In this document: piece after piece, positions 1-7,648 of the stretch
Layout of the letters: every line of letters starts with the position of its first letter
Position numbering within the stretch: position 1 is the first letter of the stretch
Assembly (NCBI GenBank): GCA_045632645.1
Contig: JAZQXC010000012.1
Span: forward strand, 16,966-80,965
Direction of reading: 5' to 3'
Source: Alphaproteobacteria bacterium
GTDB lineage: Bacteria; Pseudomonadota; Alphaproteobacteria; RF32; CAG-239
DNA length: 64,000 nucleotides
The notes under the pieces: model-generated
Seen by the model: the letters and a program-made list of their open reading frames with translations, nothing else
Told to the model about the DNA's origin: nothing
The model's database searches: none
Program-made: the position numbers and the translations under genes

Positions 1-35
1 GTAACTATCATGAGATTGTTCCTAATGCTCATAAT

Positions 36-614
36 TTGTTTTTTGAGCAAGTATTTGATGGCGAAGAATTTAAAGCTCTTTATGACTATTTTGGAAGATA
101 CCATAACAATTTTCCTATTTATAATGATTTTGGTGAATATGTAAAAACTCATGATATTTGGGTAGTTGAAGAAATTAGTACTGGACGTCCAATTGCTTTT
201 TCGACATATGCATTTATTAATGATAAAGAAACTCGTGATTTGTATGGTACATTAGATGAACAAAAATTGTTGTATCATGATACAGTGGTTTTAGACCCTA
301 TGTTACAAGGAAAGGGTATTGGTATGGCTATTATGGATATTATTGATGCATACTATTTACAAACTTTTGGATATGATAACATTAATTTTGCATTATGCAC
401 TGGAGAAATTAACACTAATGATAAAGGGATAACATCTATTGGTTTCCATGAAAAACGAGGTTTTGGACGTTGGAAGGAGGCGGAGGCACCTTTAAAAAAA
501 TGGGTGATGCGTTATAATGATGGTATTGCTAAAGAATATAATTCAAAAAGGCCAGAAAAGCCAAAAATGATGAGAAAATCTTATCTTTATGCTATTGAGG
601 ATCAAAGGCGGTAA
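36..614 (+). CDS. GNAT-family N-acetyltransferase (putative)
   Basis: 192-aa ORF. It has an acetyl-CoA-pocket style motif, LQGKGIGMAIM (Q/R-x-x-G-x-G/A), after a strand-like HDTVVLDP. The start at 36 is TTG, but the frame stays open back to the window edge (no stop in 3..35), so the true start may lie outside the window. Confidence 0.55.
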   Translation: MFFEQVFDGEEFKALYDYFGRYHNNFPIYNDFGEYVKTHDIWVVEEISTGRPIAFSTYAFINDKETRDLYGTLDEQKLLYHDTVVLDPMLQGKGIGMAIMDIIDAYYLQTFGYDNINFALCTGEINTNDKGITSIGFHEKRGFGRWKEAEAPLKKWVMRYNDGIAKEYNSKRPEKPKMMRKSYLYAIEDQRR

Positions 615-631
615 TTCTTGATTTTTAAAAT

Positions 632-665
632 AAAAAAGAGCTCACGTAAAAGTGAGCTTTTTTTA
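632..665. terminator. Bidirectional rho-independent terminator between convergent genes
   Basis: Stem AGCTCAC (639-645) pairs with GTGAGCT (652-658) around a 6-nt loop. An A-run lies on the left and a T-run on the right. Confidence 0.6.
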
Positions 666-1007
666 GTTAATAGCATTTCTATAGAGACGTATTGTTTCTT
701 TATACGCTTCATAGTTTTGATCTTCAATTGCGCTTGAGTGCTCCGGAAAATTCTTTTTAACTTCCTCGTAATACTCTTTTAAATAAATTTGGATTGCGTA
801 TTGTTTTCCAAAGCTTAATTTGAGTACAAAAGATTGGAAATTCCATAGACAATCTAGAGTTTGTGATGTTGGGTTGTTTTGGTGATACTTTTCCCATATC
901 CTCTTTCCTTCGTTTAGAATTTCGGTTTCTGTGAATTGTTTAGGATATCCAGAGCTGTAACGCAAGTACAACTTTCTAAAATAGAAAAATAATTTATTTA
1001 CTTTCAT
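663..1007 (-). CDS. Hypothetical protein (114 aa)
   Basis: Intact ORF with compact spacing to its neighbours. No motif recognised. Confidence 0.4.
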   Translation of the reverse strand: MKVNKLFFYFRKLYLRYSSGYPKQFTETEILNEGKRIWEKYHQNNPTSQTLDCLWNFQSFVLKLSFGKQYAIQIYLKEYYEEVKKNFPEHSSAIEDQNYEAYKETIRLYRNAIN

Positions 1008-1056
1008 TATATAATAATTTTGGTTTGATATTTGTATATACTATATCTATTTTTTG

Positions 1057-2439
1057 TCAATATGTTTTGTTTAATTTTTGGTAAATCTTTCGATATTCTT
1101 TTTTTATTTCTTTTTCATTTTTATTATAAACATTAACATAATATCCAATAAATACAATTATTGCACCAGCAATCCAAGCTAAGGGGCCTGCATAGTAAAT
1201 GCCTTGGTAATCTAGGCTTTTAGATAGTATTATTGCGGCAAATGAACGAATAATTAAATCTGCTATTACTGAGATTATTGGGTATTTTACTTTCCCCATG
1301 CTTTGTAGAGTGTTTCTAAATATAAATATGCTTCCTAAGAAGAAATAGAACATTATACTTATATTTAAATATGAGGCTCCTACATTTATAATAAATTCAT
1401 CTTTACTTTCTAGGAATGAGCTTATTAATGTTTTGCCAAAAATGTAGATAAATAAGCTTAATATGATGTTTATTGTAAACGATATTATTACTGCTTTTTT
1501 TACCCCATCTCTTATGCGACCAATCTTCCCTGCTCCATAATTTTGAGCAACATATGTTGCAACAGTAATACCAATGGCAAGTAATGGTTGAACTGCAAGT
1601 TGCTCTATTCTTAGTGCTATTGTGAAGCCAACAATTATCTTCTCACCAAATGAGTTACATATTGCTTGGATAATCATCATACTTAATGATAGAATCGTAA
1701 ATTGTATTGACATTGGAATTGCAATTTTTAGGTGTTCGTACATGAAGTCTTTGTTATATATCCAATCTTGTTTGGTTATATGAAGAATTGGATAGTTTTT
1801 TCTTATGTAGATTAAACAACAAATAACAGATATTGCTATTGCTATAACAGTGCCAAGAGCTGAACCAGCTACACCAAGATTAAAATATTTTATAAATACA
1901 AAATTAAAAATGATGTTTATTATTGTTGTAAATATTAAGAAATAAAGGGGGCTTCTACTATCACCTAAGGCTCTTATAAAACCATATAATAAGTTTGATA
2001 AAACAATTAAGGTTAAAGCTAAACCTAATATTAATATAAATTTATATGCATCATCATATATTGTTTGGGGAATATTTAGGATTTTTAGCATTGGTGTTAG
2101 AGTTGATAGTAGTATAATAGTTATTATTACTCCTAGTATAATGCTTGCTCTTATAGAATGAGTTACAGATAGTCTAACGCCATCATAATCTTTTGCACCA
2201 AAACGTTGCGCAGTTATTGCTGTTAGTCCACTTGTAAAACTAATAGTAATAATTAAAAATGTAAAAAAGATTGGTGCTGATGCGCCAACAGCAGCAAGAG
2301 CGTTTTCTCCAAGAAGGCGCCCTACTATAAAAATATCTGCTAATTGATATAATTGCTGAAAAAGATTACCTATTAGTATTGGTAGTGAAAATAATATAAT
2401 AAGTTTTAATGGGTTTCCCCTTGTCATGTCTTGTATCAT
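1057..2439 (-). CDS. MATE-family multidrug/toxin efflux transporter
   Basis: 460 aa, about 12 hydrophobic segments. The N-terminus PLKLIILFSLPILIGNLFQQLYQLADIFIVGRLLGENALAAVGASAPIFF is a typical MATE signature. Confidence 0.85.
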   Translation of the reverse strand: MIQDMTRGNPLKLIILFSLPILIGNLFQQLYQLADIFIVGRLLGENALAAVGASAPIFFTFLIITISFTSGLTAITAQRFGAKDYDGVRLSVTHSIRASIILGVIITIILLSTLTPMLKILNIPQTIYDDAYKFILILGLALTLIVLSNLLYGFIRALGDSRSPLYFLIFTTIINIIFNFVFIKYFNLGVAGSALGTVIAIAISVICCLIYIRKNYPILHITKQDWIYNKDFMYEHLKIAIPMSIQFTILSLSMMIIQAICNSFGEKIIVGFTIALRIEQLAVQPLLAIGITVATYVAQNYGAGKIGRIRDGVKKAVIISFTINIILSLFIYIFGKTLISSFLESKDEFIINVGASYLNISIMFYFFLGSIFIFRNTLQSMGKVKYPIISVIADLIIRSFAAIILSKSLDYQGIYYAGPLAWIAGAIIVFIGYYVNVYNKNEKEIKKEYRKIYQKLNKTY

Positions 2440-2595
2440 TTTTATTCCCCTAATCTATTGGTAATTTAGAGTTATTTATTTAATTTTCTACTAATATTTT
2501 TATTGATATAAATTTTATTAACAGTAATGTTTATTTTTTTTATTTTTATTATTGACATTATAAAAAATTGAATGTAAATATGTTTTCGTTGTGAT

Positions 2596-2672
2596 GGCGG
2601 AGTAGCTCAGTTGGTTAGAGCAGAGGAATCATAATCCTTGTGTCGGGGGTTCGAATCCCTCCTTCGCTACCA
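2596..2672 (+). tRNA. tRNA with CAT anticodon (elongator Met or lysidine-modified Ile2)
   Basis: 77-nt cloverleaf. The acceptor stem is GGCGGAG/CTTCGCT (two G-U pairs), the D-arm GCTC/GAGC, the anticodon stem GAGGA/TCCTT with loop ATCATAA, and the T-arm GGGGG-TTCGAAT-CCCTC; CCA is encoded. Position 1-72 is paired, so this is not an initiator. Confidence 0.9.
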
Positions 2673-2678
2673 GTTGAT

Positions 2679-2706
2679 AGCTTGCAGAAATGCAAGCTTT
2701 TTTTTG
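2679..2706 (+). terminator. Rho-independent terminator after tRNA-CAT
   Basis: Perfect 8-bp stem AGCTTGCA/TGCAAGCT with a GAAA loop, followed by a T-run. Confidence 0.75.
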
Positions 2707-2718
2707 TGGTTTTAAAAT

Positions 2719-2769
2719 AAAAAAAAGTCCCTCGATTTGTAGTAAAATACTACAAGTTGAGGGATTTTT
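2719..2769. terminator. Long hairpin flanked by A-run and T-run (end of the minus-strand lysis genes; second terminator on the plus strand)
   Basis: 17-bp stem 2728-2744/2748-2764 with an AAA loop. Two positions are G-U pairs in the plus-strand RNA and A-C mismatches in the minus-strand RNA. The A-run is at 2719-2726 and the T-run at 2765-2769. Confidence 0.55.
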
Positions 2770-2953
2770 AATATTTTAGTTTATATTCACTTAAACAATT
2801 TGCCATATCTAATGGTGTTTTTATTTTATCTATACAAACAATTGGTTCTTTAGGCATTTCCATATAAACATATTCAATTCTTTTGCAACTGCTTAATAAC
2901 GTAAGTGTTACTAATATCTGCATTCCAATCAAAAGAATCTTTTGTAGAGGCAT
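2768..2953 (-). CDS. o-spanin (Rz1-like outer-membrane lipoprotein), starting inside the i-spanin gene in another frame
   Basis: The signal peptide plus lipobox MPLQKILLIGMQILVTLTLLSS|C precedes a short mature peptide (~39 aa) containing Pro and 3 Cys. The gene starts within the Rz-like gene and ends beyond it, the 'overlapped' spanin architecture. The ORF track extends the frame to 2995; I chose the ATG at 2953. Confidence 0.6.
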   Translation of the reverse strand: MPLQKILLIGMQILVTLTLLSSCKRIEYVYMEMPKEPIVCIDKIKTPLDMANCLSEYKLKY

Positions 2954-3146
2954 TTTTGAGTTTTTGTGTTTGCTCTTTAAGTGTAAGCTTTTCATTGTAT
3001 ATATCCTTTATATGGTTTATTAAAATACGTTCGTTTTGTTGATTTAGTAATATTTGTTGTTTGATGTTATTAATTGTCTTTTGTTGTTGATTGATTATTG
3101 CAATTAAGAATGCTAGTATGATTAAAAATACTATATATATCTTCAT
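2874..3146 (-). CDS. i-spanin (Rz-like), N-terminal TM anchor plus coiled-coil
   Basis: 90 aa. The hydrophobic N-terminus MKIYIVFLIILAFLIAII is followed by a Q/K/E-rich helical region. Its position after the holin and the overlapping lipoprotein gene support the call. Confidence 0.6.
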   Translation of the reverse strand: MKIYIVFLIILAFLIAIINQQQKTINNIKQQILLNQQNERILINHIKDIYNEKLTLKEQTQKLKNASTKDSFDWNADISNTYVIKQLQKN

Positions 3147-3175
3147 GTGTTTATTCCTTAAAAAATAGAGCCTCG

Positions 3176-3490
3176 TTATTGAGGCTCCTTGTTTTTTATA
3201 CTTGATATAAAATTTAGTGGATCAGATTGTGCTGTTTTTAGAATAGAATCTAATATCATGTATATCCTTACAGCAAAAAGACCACAAACACCTGATATAC
3301 CATATTTAACAGGTTGAGGTATATCTACATATTCGGTTAAAAGACCTGCTAACATACTTACAATAAATGTAATTAACATGTCTCTTATACTTTGTTTTAT
3401 GGAAATAAAAGGCTTTATAATGATGGTTATAAAGCCGATAAACAATCCCCATAAACTATAATTTGATATTATATCTTTTATTTTTTCCAT
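3176..3490 (-). CDS. Holin (three predicted TM segments, charged C-terminus)
   Basis: 104 aa from the ATG at 3490, which is preceded by a strong SD (AGGAGGAGGT). The hydrophobic segments are LWGLFIGFITIII, MLITFIVSMLAGLL and GISGVCGLFAVRIYMIL, and the tail is polar. It lies immediately upstream of the spanin pair. Confidence 0.6.
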   Translation of the reverse strand: MEKIKDIISNYSLWGLFIGFITIIIKPFISIKQSIRDMLITFIVSMLAGLLTEYVDIPQPVKYGISGVCGLFAVRIYMILDSILKTAQSDPLNFISSIKNKEPQ

Positions 3491-3500
3491 ACCTCCTCCT

Positions 3501-4373
3501 TTATTGTAGTAAAATAATCGGTATTTCAAGTGATGGGTTTGTTGGTTTATTTTTTAAGTAAACTCTTACAAAGCCTTCAAAACTTTCAGCAAGAGGGGCG
3601 AAATTATCAGATATTGCATCGTTTAGGTTTAATATAATTGTTGGTGTATGGCTTGATTTTGCATCTGTTAAAGTAATATCAATATGATATGGGTATTCAC
3701 TATATGTATCTGATTTTATAATGGTTGATGTATCTATTGATATTGGACCATATTTTTTTGTTATTGCATTATCAATTATATCTTTTGTGTAATAATTGTC
3801 ACTTAAATGAGTTGCAACACCAGATGATGTTATTAAACCATTATTTTCTTTTGAAACAACATTAGTTGATGTTGTTAAAAGTTCCTCATATAGTGTATTT
3901 ATGGCACTTGCAAGAGTTGGAACTTTTTTTATTATATCAAAATCTTTGTTTATGTCTTCAATTAATGTTTTTAACTCATCAATAGTGTATGATGATGTAA
4001 CATCTAGTTTTAGAGTTCTATTTAGTACTTCTTCTATCATTTGTAGAGACATAACAATTTTATCTAAAGATGTTTCATAGTCTTTTGCAGGGAAACTTTC
4101 TCCTTCAATAAATGTTACTAATTGATTTAGAGGTACATTTCTGATTATTGTTACTTTAATTCCATCTTTAGGAGCTGTTTGTAGTTCTATTTCTCCTCCT
4201 GATGAATTTTGATTATTCTTTACAATATAATCTTTGCCTTCAATTAAAGGTTTTATTTGATTGCTTAGATAAACAGCAACTTGTTTATCTAAAAAATAAA
4301 ATGGAACAATAAAGTTTTTTACCATTCCATCTGCAATATAATCAATTCTTGATTTTTGTTGTTGTATTGTCAT
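3501..4373 (-). CDS. Phage tail-fibre protein with T7 gp17-like N-terminal (tail-attachment) domain
   Basis: The N-terminus RIDYIADGMVKNFIVPFYFLDKQVAVYL...GKDYIV...IELQTAPKDGIKVTIIRNVPLNQLVTFIEGESFPAKDYETSLDKIVMSLQMIEE follows the pattern I recall for the T7 gp17 N-domain (Y..DG....F.IPF.YL....V.V.L.....DY.....I.L....DG....I.R.....Q.V.F..G....A.D). The protein is only 290 aa, so the distal receptor-binding part is short. Confidence 0.5.
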   Translation of the reverse strand: MTIQQQKSRIDYIADGMVKNFIVPFYFLDKQVAVYLSNQIKPLIEGKDYIVKNNQNSSGGEIELQTAPKDGIKVTIIRNVPLNQLVTFIEGESFPAKDYETSLDKIVMSLQMIEEVLNRTLKLDVTSSYTIDELKTLIEDINKDFDIIKKVPTLASAINTLYEELLTTSTNVVSKENNGLITSSGVATHLSDNYYTKDIIDNAITKKYGPISIDTSTIIKSDTYSEYPYHIDITLTDAKSSHTPTIILNLNDAISDNFAPLAESFEGFVRVYLKNKPTNPSLEIPIILLQ

Positions 4374-4402
4374 ACTTTTCTCCTTTTATAAAATTATTAA
4401 AA

Positions 4403-4462
4403 CAAAAAAAGCCATAGAAAATCTATGACTTTAAAATAAAAAAAAACCGGCATTTGCCGGCT
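4403..4462 (-). terminator. Two tandem rho-independent terminators downstream of the 750-aa gene
   Basis: Read on the minus strand, the first is GCCGG-AAAT-CCGGC followed by a long T-run (plus-strand A-run 4434-4446). The second is a hairpin at 4411-4429 followed by a T-run (plus-strand A-run 4403-4410). Confidence 0.65.
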
Positions 4463-4540
4463 GAATGTCTAGTATTAGCATTCTATTTATTTTTATAACT
4501 AACTATGTCACAGATGTCAATAGTTTTAAGGATTTCTATT

Positions 4541-6793
4541 TTATCTATTATATGGGAGGTTAATACTTCTTATATGTGGCCCCTTACCATCATCGTAACT
4601 TTCTATAAATTTTTTTCTATTTTCATAAGTTAGTTCTATGTTGTTATGAGTAATTATACTATCTGTATCTGTTTTGCTCCATTTTGTTCCATCAGAAAAT
4701 GAAGCTAAAAAACCATTTTTTTGTTTTTTTAATGTAACATGTGCATATTTTTTGCCATTTCCATATTCAATTGATTTAAAATAACCTTTTTCATCAATTA
4801 TAATAGTGTGATTTGGAGATGGTTTTATTATCTCGTTATTACCGACATTTATTCTTCTTTGTTTTTCAATATATGATATTAGCTTAAAATCTGTATCTAA
4901 TATTAATTTAGCATTTGGCGTAACTAGATAACATTTATCATTATCTATGAAAAATTTTGTATCATCAGAGATATATAATCGACCTTTTTGTACATCTATT
5001 GTGCTTCCCTTGGGTAAGGTTATTGCTTGAATTTCAGCACCTTTTAGGCTGATTTTAGTGCCATTTGGGTATTCTTCAGTAAATCTTCCTCTTGGAATAG
5101 ATACGCGCTTAGTTTTTAATTTATTTCCATTATTATCTTTTATACTAAGAATTTCTTTGTTTTCGAAATCAACTTCTATAATCCGACCATCTTTGTGAGT
5201 TATCGTAAATATGTTATTTTCACCAACCGTTACTTCTGGTTTTAATTCATCAAGTCTACTGGATAGATTTATTGTTTCTTCAACAAGCAGTGGTAATGTT
5301 TCTCTTAGTTTTTCAAGTAAATCATCGCTTAAATATTTGTGACTTAGGTCATTTCGCAATGTTTTATATTGATTCCATTTTTCTGCTTCTTGTGGAGTTA
5401 ATATACGTTTATTAGCTAGTCTTGCCCATCCTTGGTGTGGTGGACATTTATCCCCCTCAAATAAGCAATACTCCCCTATTCTGTGTTCTATAACTTGGAA
5501 TAGTTCTAGATATTTACAGCGATCTAGATAATTATCAATTCTTACTGAAAATGCATCAATATTTCCTTCTTCTATATTATCTATTATTTCTACATTTGGC
5601 ACTAATTTTTTTAAGGCTTTTATTAGTGCTTCTTTCTTTTTTTCTTTAAAAGGATATGTTGTATCTATATAAATTGTTTGGTTTTTGTGGGTTGAGGCAT
5701 ATTCTTTTACTCTTTGAATGAATTTATTGTTGCTTTCTTCTTTGGCTCTTATAAATATATTGGGAACTAGAGTTTCAACAAGTGGTTTGAAGCCATTAGC
5801 TGTTTTTATATATCTTGCAACTCTTTCATAGAATGTTCCTTCGCACAAACGTTGATATGATTCCATATAACGCGTTCTTATAGATTTATTTTGATTATTT
5901 TCACCATTTATAAAACGACCATATCCATCTAAGGTTTCAAATTGATGATGTAGTAAATGACGAATATTTAATAAGTCTTGAAATTCAAGTGATGATTTTA
6001 TAAACCCTAAATCTTCAGCTTTATTTAGATAATTGTCAGGATGTTTTTTTTGTAATATTTCTCTTACAATATTGTGTGTTTCATCTGTTAGGGTTGATAA
6101 TGTCGATAATAAAATATTTTCATATGGAGACATTAATTCTCGTAATAATCCCTCTTTATTTGCTCGCTCGAATTCTTTATTTTGTTCTATTTTTGATGTA
6201 TATGGTAGTTCTGCTAAAATATTTAGCATACAATACATGCTTCGGCAAAAATTTTTATCTTCAAGTGCATCAGATACTAGCATATCACCTTTTTTGCCGA
6301 TATATTTAATAGATCTAACTCCATCTATTATAAATGTTGTGTCTTTTAGTAATGTATTTATAGGATATGCAACAACATAGCGCTCAATAGAGTGTGGTAA
6401 TGAATTTACATGACAATGCATACCATGTGTATTGGGAACTGAAATAATTGATGGATATTTGTCTTGTATATAAGGGTTGGTTTTGGTTAAGCTAACATAT
6501 GAGTAGTCATCCTCTTTTGGAGATGATGCATTTTCTTTATTAACAAAATTAGCAAATGCTTGTTCTTTAGTATTACTTAAAATTTCTAGCTCCCAAGGAA
6601 GCAAGTCATCATCTTCGCTTCTTATTGCCTCTAGTTGGTAATTTGCTAAGTAAATTGTTGAATGCATTTGTATCATTTGCTCAAAACTACGAGCAAATGA
6701 TGTGTAATCTCTATAAGCATCTAACAATAATTGTTTTTGTTTAGTATTTATTGAAGATGAGTATATGGCTATTGCATTGTTTTCATTTGGCAT
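4541..6793 (-). CDS. Large ORFan with two HEPN-type RxxxxH motifs and a beta-rich C-terminal repeat region
   Basis: 750 aa. Motif 1 is LLNIRHLLHHQFE (R278..H283, nt 5945-5962). Motif 2 is WNQYKTLRNDLSHKYLSDDLLEKL (R480..H485, nt 5339-5356), which is of the RNxxxHxY kind seen in DUF86/HepT and NTase-substrate-binding HEPN domains. The C-terminal ~230 aa are rich in short beta-hairpin-like G/K/N repeats. Confidence 0.55.
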   Translation of the reverse strand: MPNENNAIAIYSSSINTKQKQLLLDAYRDYTSFARSFEQMIQMHSTIYLANYQLEAIRSEDDDLLPWELEILSNTKEQAFANFVNKENASSPKEDDYSYVSLTKTNPYIQDKYPSIISVPNTHGMHCHVNSLPHSIERYVVAYPINTLLKDTTFIIDGVRSIKYIGKKGDMLVSDALEDKNFCRSMYCMLNILAELPYTSKIEQNKEFERANKEGLLRELMSPYENILLSTLSTLTDETHNIVREILQKKHPDNYLNKAEDLGFIKSSLEFQDLLNIRHLLHHQFETLDGYGRFINGENNQNKSIRTRYMESYQRLCEGTFYERVARYIKTANGFKPLVETLVPNIFIRAKEESNNKFIQRVKEYASTHKNQTIYIDTTYPFKEKKKEALIKALKKLVPNVEIIDNIEEGNIDAFSVRIDNYLDRCKYLELFQVIEHRIGEYCLFEGDKCPPHQGWARLANKRILTPQEAEKWNQYKTLRNDLSHKYLSDDLLEKLRETLPLLVEETINLSSRLDELKPEVTVGENNIFTITHKDGRIIEVDFENKEILSIKDNNGNKLKTKRVSIPRGRFTEEYPNGTKISLKGAEIQAITLPKGSTIDVQKGRLYISDDTKFFIDNDKCYLVTPNAKLILDTDFKLISYIEKQRRINVGNNEIIKPSPNHTIIIDEKGYFKSIEYGNGKKYAHVTLKKQKNGFLASFSDGTKWSKTDTDSIITHNNIELTYENRKKFIESYDDGKGPHIRSINLPYNR

Positions 6794-6933
6794 ATTTATT
6801 CCTTTTTTATTTTTTTATTATGTATAAAAAAGATGATTTTGTCAAATATTTTATTATAAACATTTACTAAAATTCAATAATTTTATTATAGTATGATTAG
6901 ATGAAGGGGTTATTATTCTTTAGAGGTGTAAAT

Positions 6934-7524
6934 ATGAAATATAAAATATTATCTTTTTTTCTCTTTGTTAGTGTAATGTTTAGTTGTGAGGTTAATGCCC
7001 ATCCTTATAGTGATGAAGAAATTTCTGATGCTATAAAAAATGAAGATACTAGTTTATTTTTAGAGATGATGGCTGCTGGTGTTGATATTAATGAAAAAGA
7101 TAAAGATGGTAATAATCCTTTAATAAAAGCATCTTCTTTTGGTAAAGTTAAATTTGTTAAATTTTTAATTGATATGGGGGCAGATGTTCATAAAAGAAAC
7201 TATAAGGGGATTACTGCTTTGCACAGAGCTTCTGGTACTGGAAATAATGAAATAGTTACTATTTTACTTGATAATGGTGCGTTTGTTGATATGCCTGATT
7301 TGGATGGAAATACTTCATTAATGGCAGCTGTTTCTGCTGAAAAACTTTCAACTGTTGAGTTATTGATAAAAAGAGGAGCAAATGTTGCCTTTAGAAATAA
7401 GCGCGGCGAAACTGCTATAAAAATAGCAAAAACAAAACGGTTTATTAATATATATTCATTCTTAAAGGTAGATAGAAGTAATGATGTATTAAAAAAAGAA
7501 TCTAATTATAGCTGGGATTATTAA
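6934..7524 (+). CDS. Secreted ankyrin-repeat protein
   Basis: The ATG at 6934 follows the SD AGAGGTG. The signal peptide is MKYKILSFFLFVSVMFSCEVNA. About 4 ANK repeats are present (DGNNPLIKASSFGKVKFVKFLIDMGADV, KGITALHRASGTGNNEIVTILLDNGAFV, DGNTSLMAAVSAEKLSTVELLIKRGANV, RGETAIKIAK). Confidence 0.85.
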   Translation: MKYKILSFFLFVSVMFSCEVNAHPYSDEEISDAIKNEDTSLFLEMMAAGVDINEKDKDGNNPLIKASSFGKVKFVKFLIDMGADVHKRNYKGITALHRASGTGNNEIVTILLDNGAFVDMPDLDGNTSLMAAVSAEKLSTVELLIKRGANVAFRNKRGETAIKIAKTKRFINIYSFLKVDRSNDVLKKESNYSWDY

Positions 7525-7648
7525 TTTAAATATTAAAAAAGGTGGAGAAATCCATCTTTTTTTTTATTTTAATCTCTTGCGATTAAAAAAAACGTTACCT
7601 ATATTTTATAACAAAGGCTATAGTATTATTTTAAGGAGTGATTTAAAA

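Larger units (their letters stand above)
2719..4373 (-). mobile_element. Degraded T7-like (podovirus-type) late-gene module: tail-fibre N-domain protein, holin, overlapped spanin pair
   Basis: The gene order tail fibre - holin - Rz/Rz1 lies directly beside a tRNA gene. No integrase, terminase, capsid or endolysin gene was recognised nearby. Confidence 0.5.

Noticed and set aside
6033-6380. Plus-strand ORFs (115 aa and 77 aa) inside the 750-aa gene.
   Set aside because: They are antisense to a much longer intact ORF, and their translations are low-complexity and hydrophobic, typical of AT-rich antisense frames. No RBS was noticed.
4541-6793. Considered whether the tandem-HEPN protein could be a Cas13-like CRISPR effector.
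   Set aside because: No CRISPR array or cas genes appear anywhere in the window. The two Rx4H motifs are mid-protein (residues ~280 and ~480) rather than in the arrangement known for Cas13 families. I kept it as a generic tandem-HEPN candidate instead.
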